This document shows, one piece after another, positions 29,055 through 38,767 of a DNA stretch of 64,000 nucleotides. Position 1 is the first letter of the stretch. The number at the start of each line of letters is the position of its first letter. The position numbers were made by a program, and so were the translations under genes. The notes below the pieces were generated by a model. The model ran no database searches. It saw nothing but the letters and a program-made list of their open reading frames with translations, and had not been told where the DNA came from. The stretch comes from Deinococcales bacterium (GTDB lineage Bacteria > Deinococcota > Deinococci > Deinococcales > JAAFIG01), in assembly GCA_031414595.1 (NCBI GenBank), contig JANNVX010000037.1, positions 1 to 64,000 of the forward strand. The letters are read 5' to 3'.

Positions 29055-30659
29055 TTAGAGTTTTTTGAGTAATTCCTTAGCGGCTTGATTACCAAGTTTG
29101 GCGGCACTCTGTACAGCTTTTTTGCCTTCGGCGCTACGACCTTGGTTAAGCAACGACAAGCCAAGGTTAAACCAAGCATCGGCGTTGTTGGGGGCAGCTT
29201 TGACCACGGCTCGAGCCACTGTTTCGGCATCTGAGAAGCGTTTTGCACCAATATACGCCGCACTTAAGGCAATGCGAATTTCTAAGTCATTAGGAGCTAA
29301 TTTGACAGCTTCGATTAGGCTTTCGATTGCCGAAGTGTAATCTTTGCGTTGCAACAAGGTTAAACCAAGCCAGTACCGATACTCGGCGTTGCTGGCATCT
29401 TGGATGATTAAAGCACGGAATTCGATGGTGGCTTTGCGTAATAAATCGGCTTTGCTGCCGGCATTGTTACTTGCTAGGGCAGCCAAATAAGCACTGCGTC
29501 CCGCCACATAACGAGCGGCGGCGGCTCGAGCCGGGTCGGTTGCCAATAAGCGCAGCGCAGCTTGGGCATTTTGATAGGCGGCGACATGATTCCCCAGTTG
29601 ACTTTGGGCATTGGCTAAGCCAAGTTGGACTTCGCCGTCGCCTGGGCGCAGCGAATTGGCAGCACGGAATTGGTCAAAAGCAGCTTTTGGACTGTTGTTA
29701 GAAAGTAACCCAGAGGCATAGGCATAACGCGCTTCAAAGAGTGTCCCGTCGTTATTGACTGCTTGGCGCAAGGTCTCGAGCGAGGCATTGGCTTTACCTT
29801 GGGATGACTCGACCAGACCACGTTTTAAGAGCAGTACGGCTCGTTCTTTTGGCGCAGAAACGACCGCCAATGAACGGTTTAGTTCTCGCACCGCACGATC
29901 TAGTTGTTTTTCTTTTTCGTAGATACTGGCAATTAGCCAAGCTGCTCCGATATTGCCCCTATTTTTAGCCAATACCCGATTGACCACTTCAAGCGCTTCG
30001 GTGTTGCGGCTTGCATCAAACCACGCCTGAGCCTCTGAGACTTGCAATTCGATTTCGTTGGGGGCAAATTCTTGGGCTGCCTTAAAGGCAGTCGCGGCAT
30101 TGGCGTAATCGCGTTTAATCAGCAACTGACCCGCCAAGGCAACATTGACATCGCGCTGAAAAGCCACCTCGAGCCGAGCCGTTTTGGCGAGTTGCGCGGC
30201 ACTGTTAAAAGCCGCAATCGCATCATCGGTTTTACGAATTCGGGCATGAACCACACCCAATTGATAAAAGGCATCAGCGCGGTCTGGGAATAACTTGGTC
30301 AGTTGGGTAAATTCAAGGGTTGCCGCGTCAAAATCGCCCAGTTCATAATAGGCTTGCCCCAAAAGAAAACGGGCATTAAAGTTCTTACCATCTATGTTCG
30401 AGGCGGACTCGAGGTTATCTCGAGCCGATTCTAATAATCCGCGTGATTTTTGCGCCCTCCCTAAACACAATTGGGCTTCGCCAAGTTTCAGTAAGGCATC
30501 CGCATTTTGCGGACTTTCTCTCACCAAGGCTTGCAAAGCGGCTGCATTACCGCAACCAGAAGAGGACGACGCAGTTTGCGCCAATGCGCTAGGCAGCGCA
30601 GCAACGCCGAGAACCGCAACGAAAAGGCGCAAAGAATTGAATCGCATCCCGTGAATCAT
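29055..30659 (-). CDS. Exported tetratricopeptide repeat protein
   Basis: Signal peptide; repeated A..LG..Y...A TPR patterns. Confidence 0.9.
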   Translation of the reverse strand: MIHGMRFNSLRLFVAVLGVAALPSALAQTASSSSGCGNAAALQALVRESPQNADALLKLGEAQLCLGRAQKSRGLLESARDNLESASNIDGKNFNARFLLGQAYYELGDFDAATLEFTQLTKLFPDRADAFYQLGVVHARIRKTDDAIAAFNSAAQLAKTARLEVAFQRDVNVALAGQLLIKRDYANAATAFKAAQEFAPNEIELQVSEAQAWFDASRNTEALEVVNRVLAKNRGNIGAAWLIASIYEKEKQLDRAVRELNRSLAVVSAPKERAVLLLKRGLVESSQGKANASLETLRQAVNNDGTLFEARYAYASGLLSNNSPKAAFDQFRAANSLRPGDGEVQLGLANAQSQLGNHVAAYQNAQAALRLLATDPARAAAARYVAGRSAYLAALASNNAGSKADLLRKATIEFRALIIQDASNAEYRYWLGLTLLQRKDYTSAIESLIEAVKLAPNDLEIRIALSAAYIGAKRFSDAETVARAVVKAAPNNADAWFNLGLSLLNQGRSAEGKKAVQSAAKLGNQAAKELLKKL

Positions 30660-30795
30660 AGCACACGGTTTTCACAAGCGTTGCAAGTCGTCCTCGAGCC
30701 TTAAAATTCTAGGGTCTTTAGTCAACTCGTGTCTGTCAAGTGGTTCACATTAAATAAAATCTGTAATGAGTTGTGAAAAACGTATTAGATGCAAC

Positions 30796-31086
30796 TTACA
30801 CACCATTTTCATCCATGCCAATACCAAAACCCTGATCGAGTAAATCCTTGGCATACGCCTTAAATGCCACCATTGTTTGGGTGCGCTCGATGCCGGCGAC
30901 GAGCCTCAATTCTTGGGTGACAATATCGTCCAAGTCTTCAAATTGAGCAAAACGCAAAATACAAACAATGTCCCAATCGCCTGTGACGCTATAACACTCG
31001 GCAACATGAGGCAGGGCAGCCAAACGCTCGGCGGTTTCTGGAATGGCATCTCGAGTGGCACGAACCAAAACAATCGCAGTAATCAT
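30796..31086 (-). CDS. Lrp/AsnC ligand-binding domain protein
   Basis: VAECYSVTGDWDIV, GIERTQT. Confidence 0.9.
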   Translation of the reverse strand: MITAIVLVRATRDAIPETAERLAALPHVAECYSVTGDWDIVCILRFAQFEDLDDIVTQELRLVAGIERTQTMVAFKAYAKDLLDQGFGIGMDENGV

Positions 31087-31146
31087 GGCTAGAAGTATAG
31101 AACGAATCTGGTCTCGAGTATAGAAACGTTTTTGGCGATGAGTTAT

Positions 31147-31168
31147 AGAATTGTCCAAGAATAACTTC
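31147..31168. repeat. Solo MITE terminal-repeat fragment
   Basis: AGAATTGTCCAAGAATAACTTC matches the left end of MITE copy 2 at 20/22 nt. Confidence 0.6.
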
Positions 31169-31197
31169 TTGACCGCAAAGATACAGATCAATCACGA

Positions 31198-31449
31198 TTA
31201 AAGTTCTGCACCAATGTACTTAAAACGCGGTACTTGAACCCCGTTTTTCTCGATAGTTTCGATAAACATGCTCACTGGGCGCACCTGTAAACGCAGCCCT
31301 GTGTGTTGCGGGATTACATAGAGCGGAATATAAACCACCAGCACTTCACCCGTTTCGGTGTGTTTGGCACAACCCAAGACTTGGTAATACTTACGGGCTT
31401 CGGGGCTGCTTTTATGGTGTTCGTAAACTCCTGAAATCGGATAAGTCAT
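31198..31449 (-). CDS. DUF1653-family protein
   Basis: GVYEHHK, YQVLGCAKHTETGEVLVVY, VRPVSMF, PRF. Confidence 0.88.
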   Translation of the reverse strand: MTYPISGVYEHHKSSPEARKYYQVLGCAKHTETGEVLVVYIPLYVIPQHTGLRLQVRPVSMFIETIEKNGVQVPRFKYIGAEL

Positions 31450-31502
31450 ACTCGAGCCAGTCTACGGGAAAGCAGTTATATTTGCTGTCTTTTCTTGGGC
31501 TA

Positions 31503-31545
31503 TTGACAACCGTAAGCGCTTACAGTATATTTCGTAAACGCTTTC
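31503..31545 (+). promoter_or_regulatory. sigma70 promoter with LacI-type operators
   Basis: TTGACA(31503)-N17-TATATT(31526); palindrome GTAAGCGCTTAC (31512-31523) in the spacer and a second site CGTAAACGCTTTC downstream. Confidence 0.85.
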
Positions 31546-31670
31546 GACAACTCTTTTCACAGGTTAATACCTCCTTATTTTGTTTGTTTTAGAACATTCT
31601 TTACTTAAATAAGGCTAGACTGGAAATAACTCGAAATCGCTAAGTTGTAAAGGTTCTTTTGGAGGTTATT

Positions 31671-32933
31671 GTGAAAAAACGGTATATGGTACTCGCTGGT
31701 ATGGCAGTCTTGCCACTCACCCTCGCCCTTGCACAAGGTACAAAAACCATTAGCATCCTCGGTGCTTTCGGTGGCGAAGAAGCTAAAACCTTCCAAGCTG
31801 TGATTAACGCCTTTGAAGCCAAGAACCCCGGTATCAAAGTCAATTACGCCAGCAGTGCTGATTTCAATACGGTTTTGAATGTTCGTGTTCAAAGTGGCGA
31901 CTACCCAGACATCACCGCCTTGCCTCAGCCGGGCGTGATGAAAGACCTTGCGGCTCGAGGCGTGCTTGCCCCAGTCAATGGCATCACCTTAGCCCAAATC
32001 AAAAAGAATTATGCTCCAGCTTGGGGAGAACTCGGACGTGCCAACGACAAGAAAATTTACGGCGTGTTCCACCGTGTCAATGTCAAAGGCTTAGTCTTCT
32101 ACAACAAACCAGCTTTTGAAGCGGCTGGTTACAAAGTGCCAAAGACTTGGGTCGAACTCCAAGCCATGACCAAAGCCATGGAAAGCTCCAAAGCCTCACC
32201 GTGGTGTGTTGGTATGGAATCCGGCGGCGCAACCGGTTGGGTTGCCACCGACTGGATTGAAAACATCATGCTCCGCACCCAACCAGCCAGTGTTTATGAT
32301 CAATGGATTACCAATGATGTCAAGTTTAGCTCGGCTGCCGTCAAAAATGCCTTCCAAGTTGTAGACAGCATCTGGAGCAACCCCAAAGCTGTCTACGGTG
32401 GACGTGCCAATATCGCCGCCACCAACTTTATCCCATCGGCTCAAGGGTTGTTCAGCAACCCAAGCCAATGCTGGTTACATATGCAGGGTAGCTTTGCCAC
32501 GGCATTTATGCAGGACAGCATCCAAAAGAACTTAGACGCGAACGTTGGTGTCTTTGTCCTCCCAATGATCAACACCAAATTGCCTCAAACCGCGCTGGTT
32601 GGCGGCGACCAATTTGTGATGTTCAAAGGCAAAAACCGCCCAGAAGTCGAGAAATTCATGGCATTCCTTGCGACTGGTGCTTCGGCTGACCCTTGGATTA
32701 AAGCAGGTGGCGGTCTGTTTCCACATAAAGACCAAACCCTCAAGCTCTACCCGACCAAACTCGAGTCAGCTTTCGCTAGTATTATCTTAGAGGCAAAAGC
32801 GGCTCGCTTTGATGCTTCGGATGCCATGCCAAGCGCGGTCAACCAAGCCTTCTGGAAGGGAACAACCGATTGGGTCACTGGTACACCCCTTGATACCGTG
32901 TTACAAAACATTGACGCAGCTTACCGAAAGTAA
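31671..32933 (+). CDS. Sugar ABC transporter substrate-binding protein (AglE-like)
   Basis: Signal peptide, LPQPG, WCVGMESGGATGWVATDWIE, RFDASD; GGAGG RBS with GTG start. Confidence 0.93.
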   Translation: MKKRYMVLAGMAVLPLTLALAQGTKTISILGAFGGEEAKTFQAVINAFEAKNPGIKVNYASSADFNTVLNVRVQSGDYPDITALPQPGVMKDLAARGVLAPVNGITLAQIKKNYAPAWGELGRANDKKIYGVFHRVNVKGLVFYNKPAFEAAGYKVPKTWVELQAMTKAMESSKASPWCVGMESGGATGWVATDWIENIMLRTQPASVYDQWITNDVKFSSAAVKNAFQVVDSIWSNPKAVYGGRANIAATNFIPSAQGLFSNPSQCWLHMQGSFATAFMQDSIQKNLDANVGVFVLPMINTKLPQTALVGGDQFVMFKGKNRPEVEKFMAFLATGASADPWIKAGGGLFPHKDQTLKLYPTKLESAFASIILEAKAARFDASDAMPSAVNQAFWKGTTDWVTGTPLDTVLQNIDAAYRK

Positions 32934-32943
32934 ACCCTACAAA

Positions 32944-32973
32944 ACAGGACGAGGGGGCTACTCCTCGTCCTGT
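32944..32973 (+). terminator. Intercistronic stem-loop after the SBP gene
   Basis: ACAGGACGAGGGG-GCTA-CTCCTCGTCCTGT. Confidence 0.7.
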
Positions 32974-33008
32974 GGTATTTTTAGACAGATTCATTTATAG
33001 GGGGAGTT

Positions 33009-34094
33009 ATGATGATGGCGCAAGTCGAAAATAAAACGCCCAGAATTCTTGGTTTAGCGGCTGTTTTGGCTGTAACTTTGGTTATTTACTACTATGTGTT
33101 TTTGTTTTTGCGCGAAGGCACAGCCAATGCTTGGATTATTTTTGCGGTTTCGCTGCTTTGGGGTATTGGTGGGATTTGGTTTTTATTTACCTTGGTGACT
33201 TCGATTGTTGATTTACTCTCAGAAAAAATGCGCCAGAATATTATGCCTTGGGTCTTTGCTGCCCCTGCGGTGCTTTTGGTTTTTTATTACTTGCTTCTTC
33301 CCACCATTCGCACTATTTATTTAAGTTTTTTTAATCAAGACTCGAGTAAATTTATTGGCTTAGACAATTTTATTTATGCTTTTAGCAGCCCAAATATGCT
33401 CGAGAGCTTCAAGAATAACCTCATCTGGATTATTTTTGGCGGTGGCATGAGCGTGCTGCTGGGTTTGCTGATTGCCGCGCTTGCCGACCGTACCCACGCT
33501 AAATTTGAAGTGCTGATGAAAACGGCGGTCTTTTTGCCGATGGCGGTCAGCATGATTGCGGCGGCGGTGATTTGGAAATTGGTCTATGCCTTTGCTCCAG
33601 GCGTTGAGCAAGTCGGTTTACTCAACGCGGTTGCCGTAACACTGGGTAGCGACCCCTCGCCGTGGTTGACCCAACGCCCCTTAAACGGTTATTTACTGAT
33701 TGTGATTCTGATTTGGATGCAGACTGGCTTTGCTCTGGTGGTTTTTTCGGCAGCCATTAAAGGAATCCCGTCTGAACTGCTCGAAGCCGCCCGAATTGAT
33801 GGCGCAACCGAGTTGCAGAGCTTTTTTAACATCACCTTGCCGTATATTCAAATCACGATTATTTCGGTTAGCACCACAATAGTGATTTTTACCTTAAAGG
33901 TTTTTGATATTGTGTTTAGCATGACTGGCGGTAACTTTGGTACGCAGGTCATTGCCAACGAGCAGTATGTCCAGATGTTTCGCAACTTTGACTTTGGGCG
34001 TGGCTCGGCAATCGCCGTGGTCTTGCTGATTACCGTGTTGCCCGTAGTTTATTACAACGTTCGTGACTTCGGCAAGAACGCTAAAGGATTTTAA
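33009..34094 (+). CDS. Sugar ABC transporter permease
   Basis: EAARIDGA; multiple TMs. Confidence 0.93.
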   Translation: MMMAQVENKTPRILGLAAVLAVTLVIYYYVFLFLREGTANAWIIFAVSLLWGIGGIWFLFTLVTSIVDLLSEKMRQNIMPWVFAAPAVLLVFYYLLLPTIRTIYLSFFNQDSSKFIGLDNFIYAFSSPNMLESFKNNLIWIIFGGGMSVLLGLLIAALADRTHAKFEVLMKTAVFLPMAVSMIAAAVIWKLVYAFAPGVEQVGLLNAVAVTLGSDPSPWLTQRPLNGYLLIVILIWMQTGFALVVFSAAIKGIPSELLEAARIDGATELQSFFNITLPYIQITIISVSTTIVIFTLKVFDIVFSMTGGNFGTQVIANEQYVQMFRNFDFGRGSAIAVVLLITVLPVVYYNVRDFGKNAKGF

Positions 34095-34105
34095 GGGGGT
34101 TTGGT

Positions 34106-34993
34106 ATGGTCGCGCAGAGAACCAATTTATCTTCACAGATTGTCATTTACGGAATTTTAATCATCCTTGGGTTACTTTGGACTGTTCCAACTTTTGGTTT
34201 ATTAGTAACATCGTTTCGTGTCCCAGACGACACTGCCAGCAGTGGTTGGTGGGAAGTTTTCACCAAAGGACAATTTAATTTTACCTTGCAAAATTACACC
34301 GCCGTACTGAGTCCTGGTGAGGGTGCAACCAGTAACACAGCTGCCACAATCAACCTCAATCAAGCCATCATCAATACAATCATTATGGCAGTTCCCAGCA
34401 CGGTCATTCCGATTTTTTTAGCCGCGCTGGCTGCCTATGCTTTTGCTTGGATGAATTTTCCGGGGCGTAAATTCTTATTTATGGTTTTGGTGGCACTGTT
34501 GGTTGTGCCTTTGCAGATGTCCTTGATTCCAATTCTGCGTGATTACCGAGTGCTAGGCTTAAACGGCACATTCTTAGGGGTGTGGTTAGCCAACACTGGC
34601 TTTGGATTACCGCTTGCCACCTATCTTTTGTTCAACTATATTGTGACCCTACCTCGAGAAGTCTTTGAATCAGCCGTGATGGATGGCGCTTCTCATCCTG
34701 TTATTTTTAGTAAATTGGTTGTGCCACTTTCCATGCCCGCTTTTGCTTCTTTTGCGATTTTTCAGTTTTTATGGGTTTGGAATGGTGTTTTAATTCCATT
34801 GGTCTTTTTGGGCGACGATCCAAGCCGAATTGTTTTACCACAACGAATTTTGCAAATGATTGGACAGTATGCTACCAACTGGCAACTTTTAACGGCTGGT
34901 GCATTTGTTTCAATGTTTATTCCTTTGGTGGTTTTTATTGGTTTCCAACAGTATTTCGTGCGTGGTTTGTTAGCAGGGAGCGTTAAAGGCTAA
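34106..34993 (+). CDS. Sugar ABC transporter permease
   Basis: ESAVMDGAS; FQQYFVRGLLAGSVKG. Confidence 0.93.
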   Translation: MVAQRTNLSSQIVIYGILIILGLLWTVPTFGLLVTSFRVPDDTASSGWWEVFTKGQFNFTLQNYTAVLSPGEGATSNTAATINLNQAIINTIIMAVPSTVIPIFLAALAAYAFAWMNFPGRKFLFMVLVALLVVPLQMSLIPILRDYRVLGLNGTFLGVWLANTGFGLPLATYLLFNYIVTLPREVFESAVMDGASHPVIFSKLVVPLSMPAFASFAIFQFLWVWNGVLIPLVFLGDDPSRIVLPQRILQMIGQYATNWQLLTAGAFVSMFIPLVVFIGFQQYFVRGLLAGSVKG

Positions 34994-34995
34994 CC

Positions 34996-36381
34996 ATGGG
35001 GGAATCTGACCGTCCAAAGTTTCATTTCACGGCACAAAAAAATTGGATCAACGACCCGAACGGCTTGGTGTTCTTAGATGGCGAATACCATCTTTTTTAT
35101 CAGCATAATCCGCTTGCCGATACGCCCGGTAACATTGGTTGGGGTCATGCGGTCAGTCCCGATTTCATCACTTGGACAGAATTACCAATGGCGATTGTAT
35201 TTGAAAATGGAATCATGGCATTTTCGGGTTCGGTGCTGGTGGATAAACAAAATGCCAGTGGGTACGGCTTTAACGCCCTGATTGCCTTGTTTACAGCCCA
35301 CCACACCACCAAGCGGCTTCAAACACAGCACTTAGCGTACAGTACCGACCTTGGGCGCACATGGACACAATACGCAGGCAATCCAGTGCTGGACATTGGC
35401 AAAGCCGATTTTAGGGACCCAAAAGTGTTCTGGCATGAACTAACACAGCGCTTTATCATGCTGGTGGTGCTGCCCAACGAACACAAAGTGCTTTTTTACA
35501 ACTCGAGCGACCTAAAAAACTGGGAATACAAAAGCGAATTTGGTCCAGCAGGTGCAGTCGGTGGCATTTGGGAAGTCCCCGACATGTTTAGCTTGCCACT
35601 CGAGCGAACACAACATTGGGTGCTGAAAGTAGATATTGGTTCTGGCGGACAACATGGCGGTTCGGCAGGACAGTATTTTATCGGGACATTTGATGGGACA
35701 CAGTTTATAGCCGATTCACCCGAGACCAAATGGCTAGATTATGGCAAGGATTTTTATGCCGCCCTGAGCTTTGCTAACCTCGAGCATCGCACGGTTTGGT
35801 TGGCTTGGATGAACAATTGGGAATACGCTGCCCTAACCCCCACCAGTCCTTGGCGCGGCGCAATGAGCATCCCTAGAGAACTGAGCTTAAAACGCACTTC
35901 GCACGGCATTGACTTGGTTCAAAAACCAATTCCAGAACTCGAGAATTTACGCGCTAATCACTTTCAAGCCCAGAATTTTCAAATAAAGAACGAAACTCGA
36001 GCTTTGCCAATCGGTGGCAGGTGTCTTGAGATACAAGCAGAATTTACCCTCGAGACAGCCCAAGAATTTGGTTTTTGTTTCGGTAAAGACATAAAAATTG
36101 CCTACGATAGTACAAGCCAAGAGGTTTTTATTCTTCGTGGTCAAACTGAAGACACCGATTTTCACGCCAATTTTTCGGGGCGACACCATGCCAAACTGAT
36201 CGAACAAAATAGTTTGAAACTCCATATTTTTATAGACCATTGTTCAGTCGAGGTTTTTGTCCAAAATGGCGAAATTGTGCTGACTGACTTGGTTTTTTTT
36301 AGCCCAAACACCACCCTCGAGCTATACGCCAAAAATGGTACTGTGCAGGTCAATAATCTTAACGTTTGGGAGCTAGAATGA
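34996..36381 (+). CDS. GH32 beta-fructofuranosidase/levanase
   Basis: WINDPNG, WGHAVS, FSGS, FRDPKV, WEVP, DYGKDFYA. Confidence 0.95.
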   Translation: MGESDRPKFHFTAQKNWINDPNGLVFLDGEYHLFYQHNPLADTPGNIGWGHAVSPDFITWTELPMAIVFENGIMAFSGSVLVDKQNASGYGFNALIALFTAHHTTKRLQTQHLAYSTDLGRTWTQYAGNPVLDIGKADFRDPKVFWHELTQRFIMLVVLPNEHKVLFYNSSDLKNWEYKSEFGPAGAVGGIWEVPDMFSLPLERTQHWVLKVDIGSGGQHGGSAGQYFIGTFDGTQFIADSPETKWLDYGKDFYAALSFANLEHRTVWLAWMNNWEYAALTPTSPWRGAMSIPRELSLKRTSHGIDLVQKPIPELENLRANHFQAQNFQIKNETRALPIGGRCLEIQAEFTLETAQEFGFCFGKDIKIAYDSTSQEVFILRGQTEDTDFHANFSGRHHAKLIEQNSLKLHIFIDHCSVEVFVQNGEIVLTDLVFFSPNTTLELYAKNGTVQVNNLNVWELE

Positions 36382-37361
36382 CCACAAAACTAACCATTCA
36401 TGATATTGCTAAGGCGGCTGGCGTTTCGACTGGAACAGTCTCGAGGGCGCTCAATGACCGCACTGGAGTCAACCCCGAAACACGCCATGCAATCCTTGAA
36501 TTGGTGGCTAGGCTTGGCTATCGTCCAGACCTTGGCGCTCGGCAATTGGCTCGTGGGACACGCAGCGTGGTTGGGATTACTCGTTTTTCGGATACCAGTC
36601 TTCGCAACCCGTATTACACCTTGCTTGTGGATGCCATCCAAACAGCGCTGCTCGACAGTGGTTATGCGGTGCATATCATCCGCAATGATTCTGAACTGCT
36701 CGAGGGTCATTTTGCTGGGATTATCATTCCGGGGATTCACTTAGCCGATGCCCGCCCCAACGAATTACAACGCCACAAAATTCCTTTTGCAGTGATTGGT
36801 TTAGGCGCACCTCATGCCCAAATTGCCAGTGTTGAACTCGAGAATCGCTTTGGCATGATTGAAGTCATGCGCCATATCGCTAAACTAGGACATAAGCAAA
36901 TCGCGCACCTGACCGGTACACCAATCGGTATAGATGCCCAAGCGCGGCTTGAGGCATACAAAGAAGGCTTAACCGAAGCGGGCTTAGAATTTAACCCACA
37001 ATTGATACTCGATGGTCGTTTTACCGAACTGGGTGCATACCGCACTATTTCCACCGCTTTGCGTCAAGAAAAATTCACTGCTTTGGTCTGCGCTTCGGAT
37101 GAAATGGCAATTGGCGCAATCCAAGCCATCGAAGACGCTGGGTTGCGCGTACCCCAAGACATCAGTGTGACCGGCTTTGATGACCTACAACTCGAGGCTT
37201 TTCAAAGTGCGGCATTGACCAGTGTCCATCAGCCCTTAGAGCGAATCGGACGAGAAGCCGCGACCCTCCTGCTCGAGCAAATCGAAGGCAAAAAACCACG
37301 TTGTGTGCTGATTTACCCAGACTTAATGGTACGCGGCAGCACAACAAAACTTAAACAATAA
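36378..37361 (+). CDS. LacI-family transcriptional regulator
   Basis: TIHDIAKAAGVSTGTVSRALN; VPQDISVTGFDD. Confidence 0.96.
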   Translation: MTTKLTIHDIAKAAGVSTGTVSRALNDRTGVNPETRHAILELVARLGYRPDLGARQLARGTRSVVGITRFSDTSLRNPYYTLLVDAIQTALLDSGYAVHIIRNDSELLEGHFAGIIIPGIHLADARPNELQRHKIPFAVIGLGAPHAQIASVELENRFGMIEVMRHIAKLGHKQIAHLTGTPIGIDAQARLEAYKEGLTEAGLEFNPQLILDGRFTELGAYRTISTALRQEKFTALVCASDEMAIGAIQAIEDAGLRVPQDISVTGFDDLQLEAFQSAALTSVHQPLERIGREAATLLLEQIEGKKPRCVLIYPDLMVRGSTTKLKQ

Positions 37362-37369
37362 ATTCTTGA

Positions 37370-37897
37370 CTATTTGCAACTGTTCATGCCACTGGTTAGG
37401 GCTTTGCAGTTACCATTGCCTTGAATAAATTTGAGTGCCTCAGATGCGTCAGAGACAGCATTCACACCGCGCCTGATGGCAGCAATCTCTCCATCTGGCG
37501 ATACAATAAAGGTATCTCTCGAGAGCATTCCAAAAAGCGGCACAACTTCAAAGGTTTTACCGAGTGTATTGGTGGCATTGGGAATTTGCGGCACTTTGAG
37601 TTTACTGGCTGCCACAAAAGCACATTGGGCTTTGGCATCGTCGCTCGAGACTCCAAAAATTTGGGTACTGGCTTTGATAAAGTCTGGATAGAACTTGGTG
37701 TATTCGATATTCTGGGCAGTACAACCACTCGAGGCAGCCCTTGGGTAGAAGAAAAAGACCTTCCAAGTATTTTTTTGTAGCGCGTGGGTGTTGCCAAAAC
37801 TATCGGTTAAACTTTTAGGTAAGACTGGACTCGAGCCAACATCAAGTGCCAAAGCCAAGCCACAACAAAACAGCGCAAAAACCAGAAATCGTTTCAT
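37370..37897 (-). CDS. Peroxiredoxin (BCP/PrxQ-like) with a signal peptide
   Basis: FFYPRAASSGCT, GVSSD, RDTFIV. Confidence 0.85.
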   Translation of the reverse strand: MKRFLVFALFCCGLALALDVGSSPVLPKSLTDSFGNTHALQKNTWKVFFFYPRAASSGCTAQNIEYTKFYPDFIKASTQIFGVSSDDAKAQCAFVAASKLKVPQIPNATNTLGKTFEVVPLFGMLSRDTFIVSPDGEIAAIRRGVNAVSDASEALKFIQGNGNCKALTSGMNSCK

Positions 37898-37924
37898 GTT
37901 ATGCACTTTACGCGCTTACCAGTA

Positions 37925-38049
37925 AAAAGAATAGGAGGAAAGCGACCAAAGCCCGAAGCGCGAACAGCCCGATAGGTGCTGTCTTGTGAGCAAGAAGGTG
38001 CTATCTTTAGGGTCAAGAAAGGCAATTTGCCTCTTCCTCCTATTCTTTT
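37925..38049. repeat. 125-bp element bounded by a perfect 16-bp inverted repeat
   Basis: AAAAGAATAGGAGGAA ... TTCCTCCTATTCTTTT with internal hairpins. Confidence 0.7.
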
Positions 38050-38060
38050 GCCTTTTGCCT

Positions 38061-38567
38061 TTAATTAACTTTCTTACTTCCGTCCCAAGCACTCTCGAGC
38101 ATGGATTTAATTTCTTTGGGGTCGCTGCTCATGACTTCCGAGATTTCTTCGGATAAAAGTTTAATCGAACGGGCATAAGCCTGACGGTCTAAGTCTGGTA
38201 AGCCGCGTTCATCATCCCAACGGCGCAGTTCGGCAGCTAGGTTAGCAATACGGTACGGGTCGCCACTGGCAAGAATTTCGGTGACTTTACGATGACGGGC
38301 TGCCCATTGACGCGGCAGTGAAACCTTACCTGTTTTTAAGCGGCTCATGATTTCAGGTAACTCGGTTTCGGATAAGGCTGGGCGAAGCCCGACGCTGCTT
38401 GGCGAAGCCACTGGCACAAAAGCGCGGCTCGAGCCATTGGGGAAATCCACTTGGTAGTAACTATTTTGCAGTCCAGCTATTTTTTTGGTCTGAATGTCCG
38501 AAACCACGCCCACGCCGTAAGGTGGTAATACAACGCGATCTCCGGGGGTAAAATCTTCTTTTTTCAC
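38061..38567 (-). CDS. carD: CarD family transcription factor
   Basis: FTPGDRVVLPPYGVG, AFVPV..VGLRP, W..R; AAGGAG RBS with GTG start. Confidence 0.93.
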   Translation of the reverse strand: MKKEDFTPGDRVVLPPYGVGVVSDIQTKKIAGLQNSYYQVDFPNGSSRAFVPVASPSSVGLRPALSETELPEIMSRLKTGKVSLPRQWAARHRKVTEILASGDPYRIANLAAELRRWDDERGLPDLDRQAYARSIKLLSEEISEVMSSDPKEIKSMLESAWDGSKKVN

Positions 38568-38767
38568 GGGTGGTACTCCTTTTTGTGTCTGGAAGCCACT
38601 TAAAATTTGGGCTTTCAGGATTGAATGGGGATAAAAAATAAACACCCGCCTCAAAATAAGTGGGGTGTGGAACTGAAGTCTAAGATTTTTGTGGTACAAA
38701 TACGCAAGCCTTCACAGCCGAGAACTGTAGCAGAAAAAGCCCGAACTGCCTAGAGCCTGTTTCGGGT

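Noticed and set aside
30740-30790. Rex operator upstream of the TPR-rex operon
   Set aside because: TTGTGAA and TTCACA half-sites are present but not in the TTGTGAA-N4-TTCACAA arrangement
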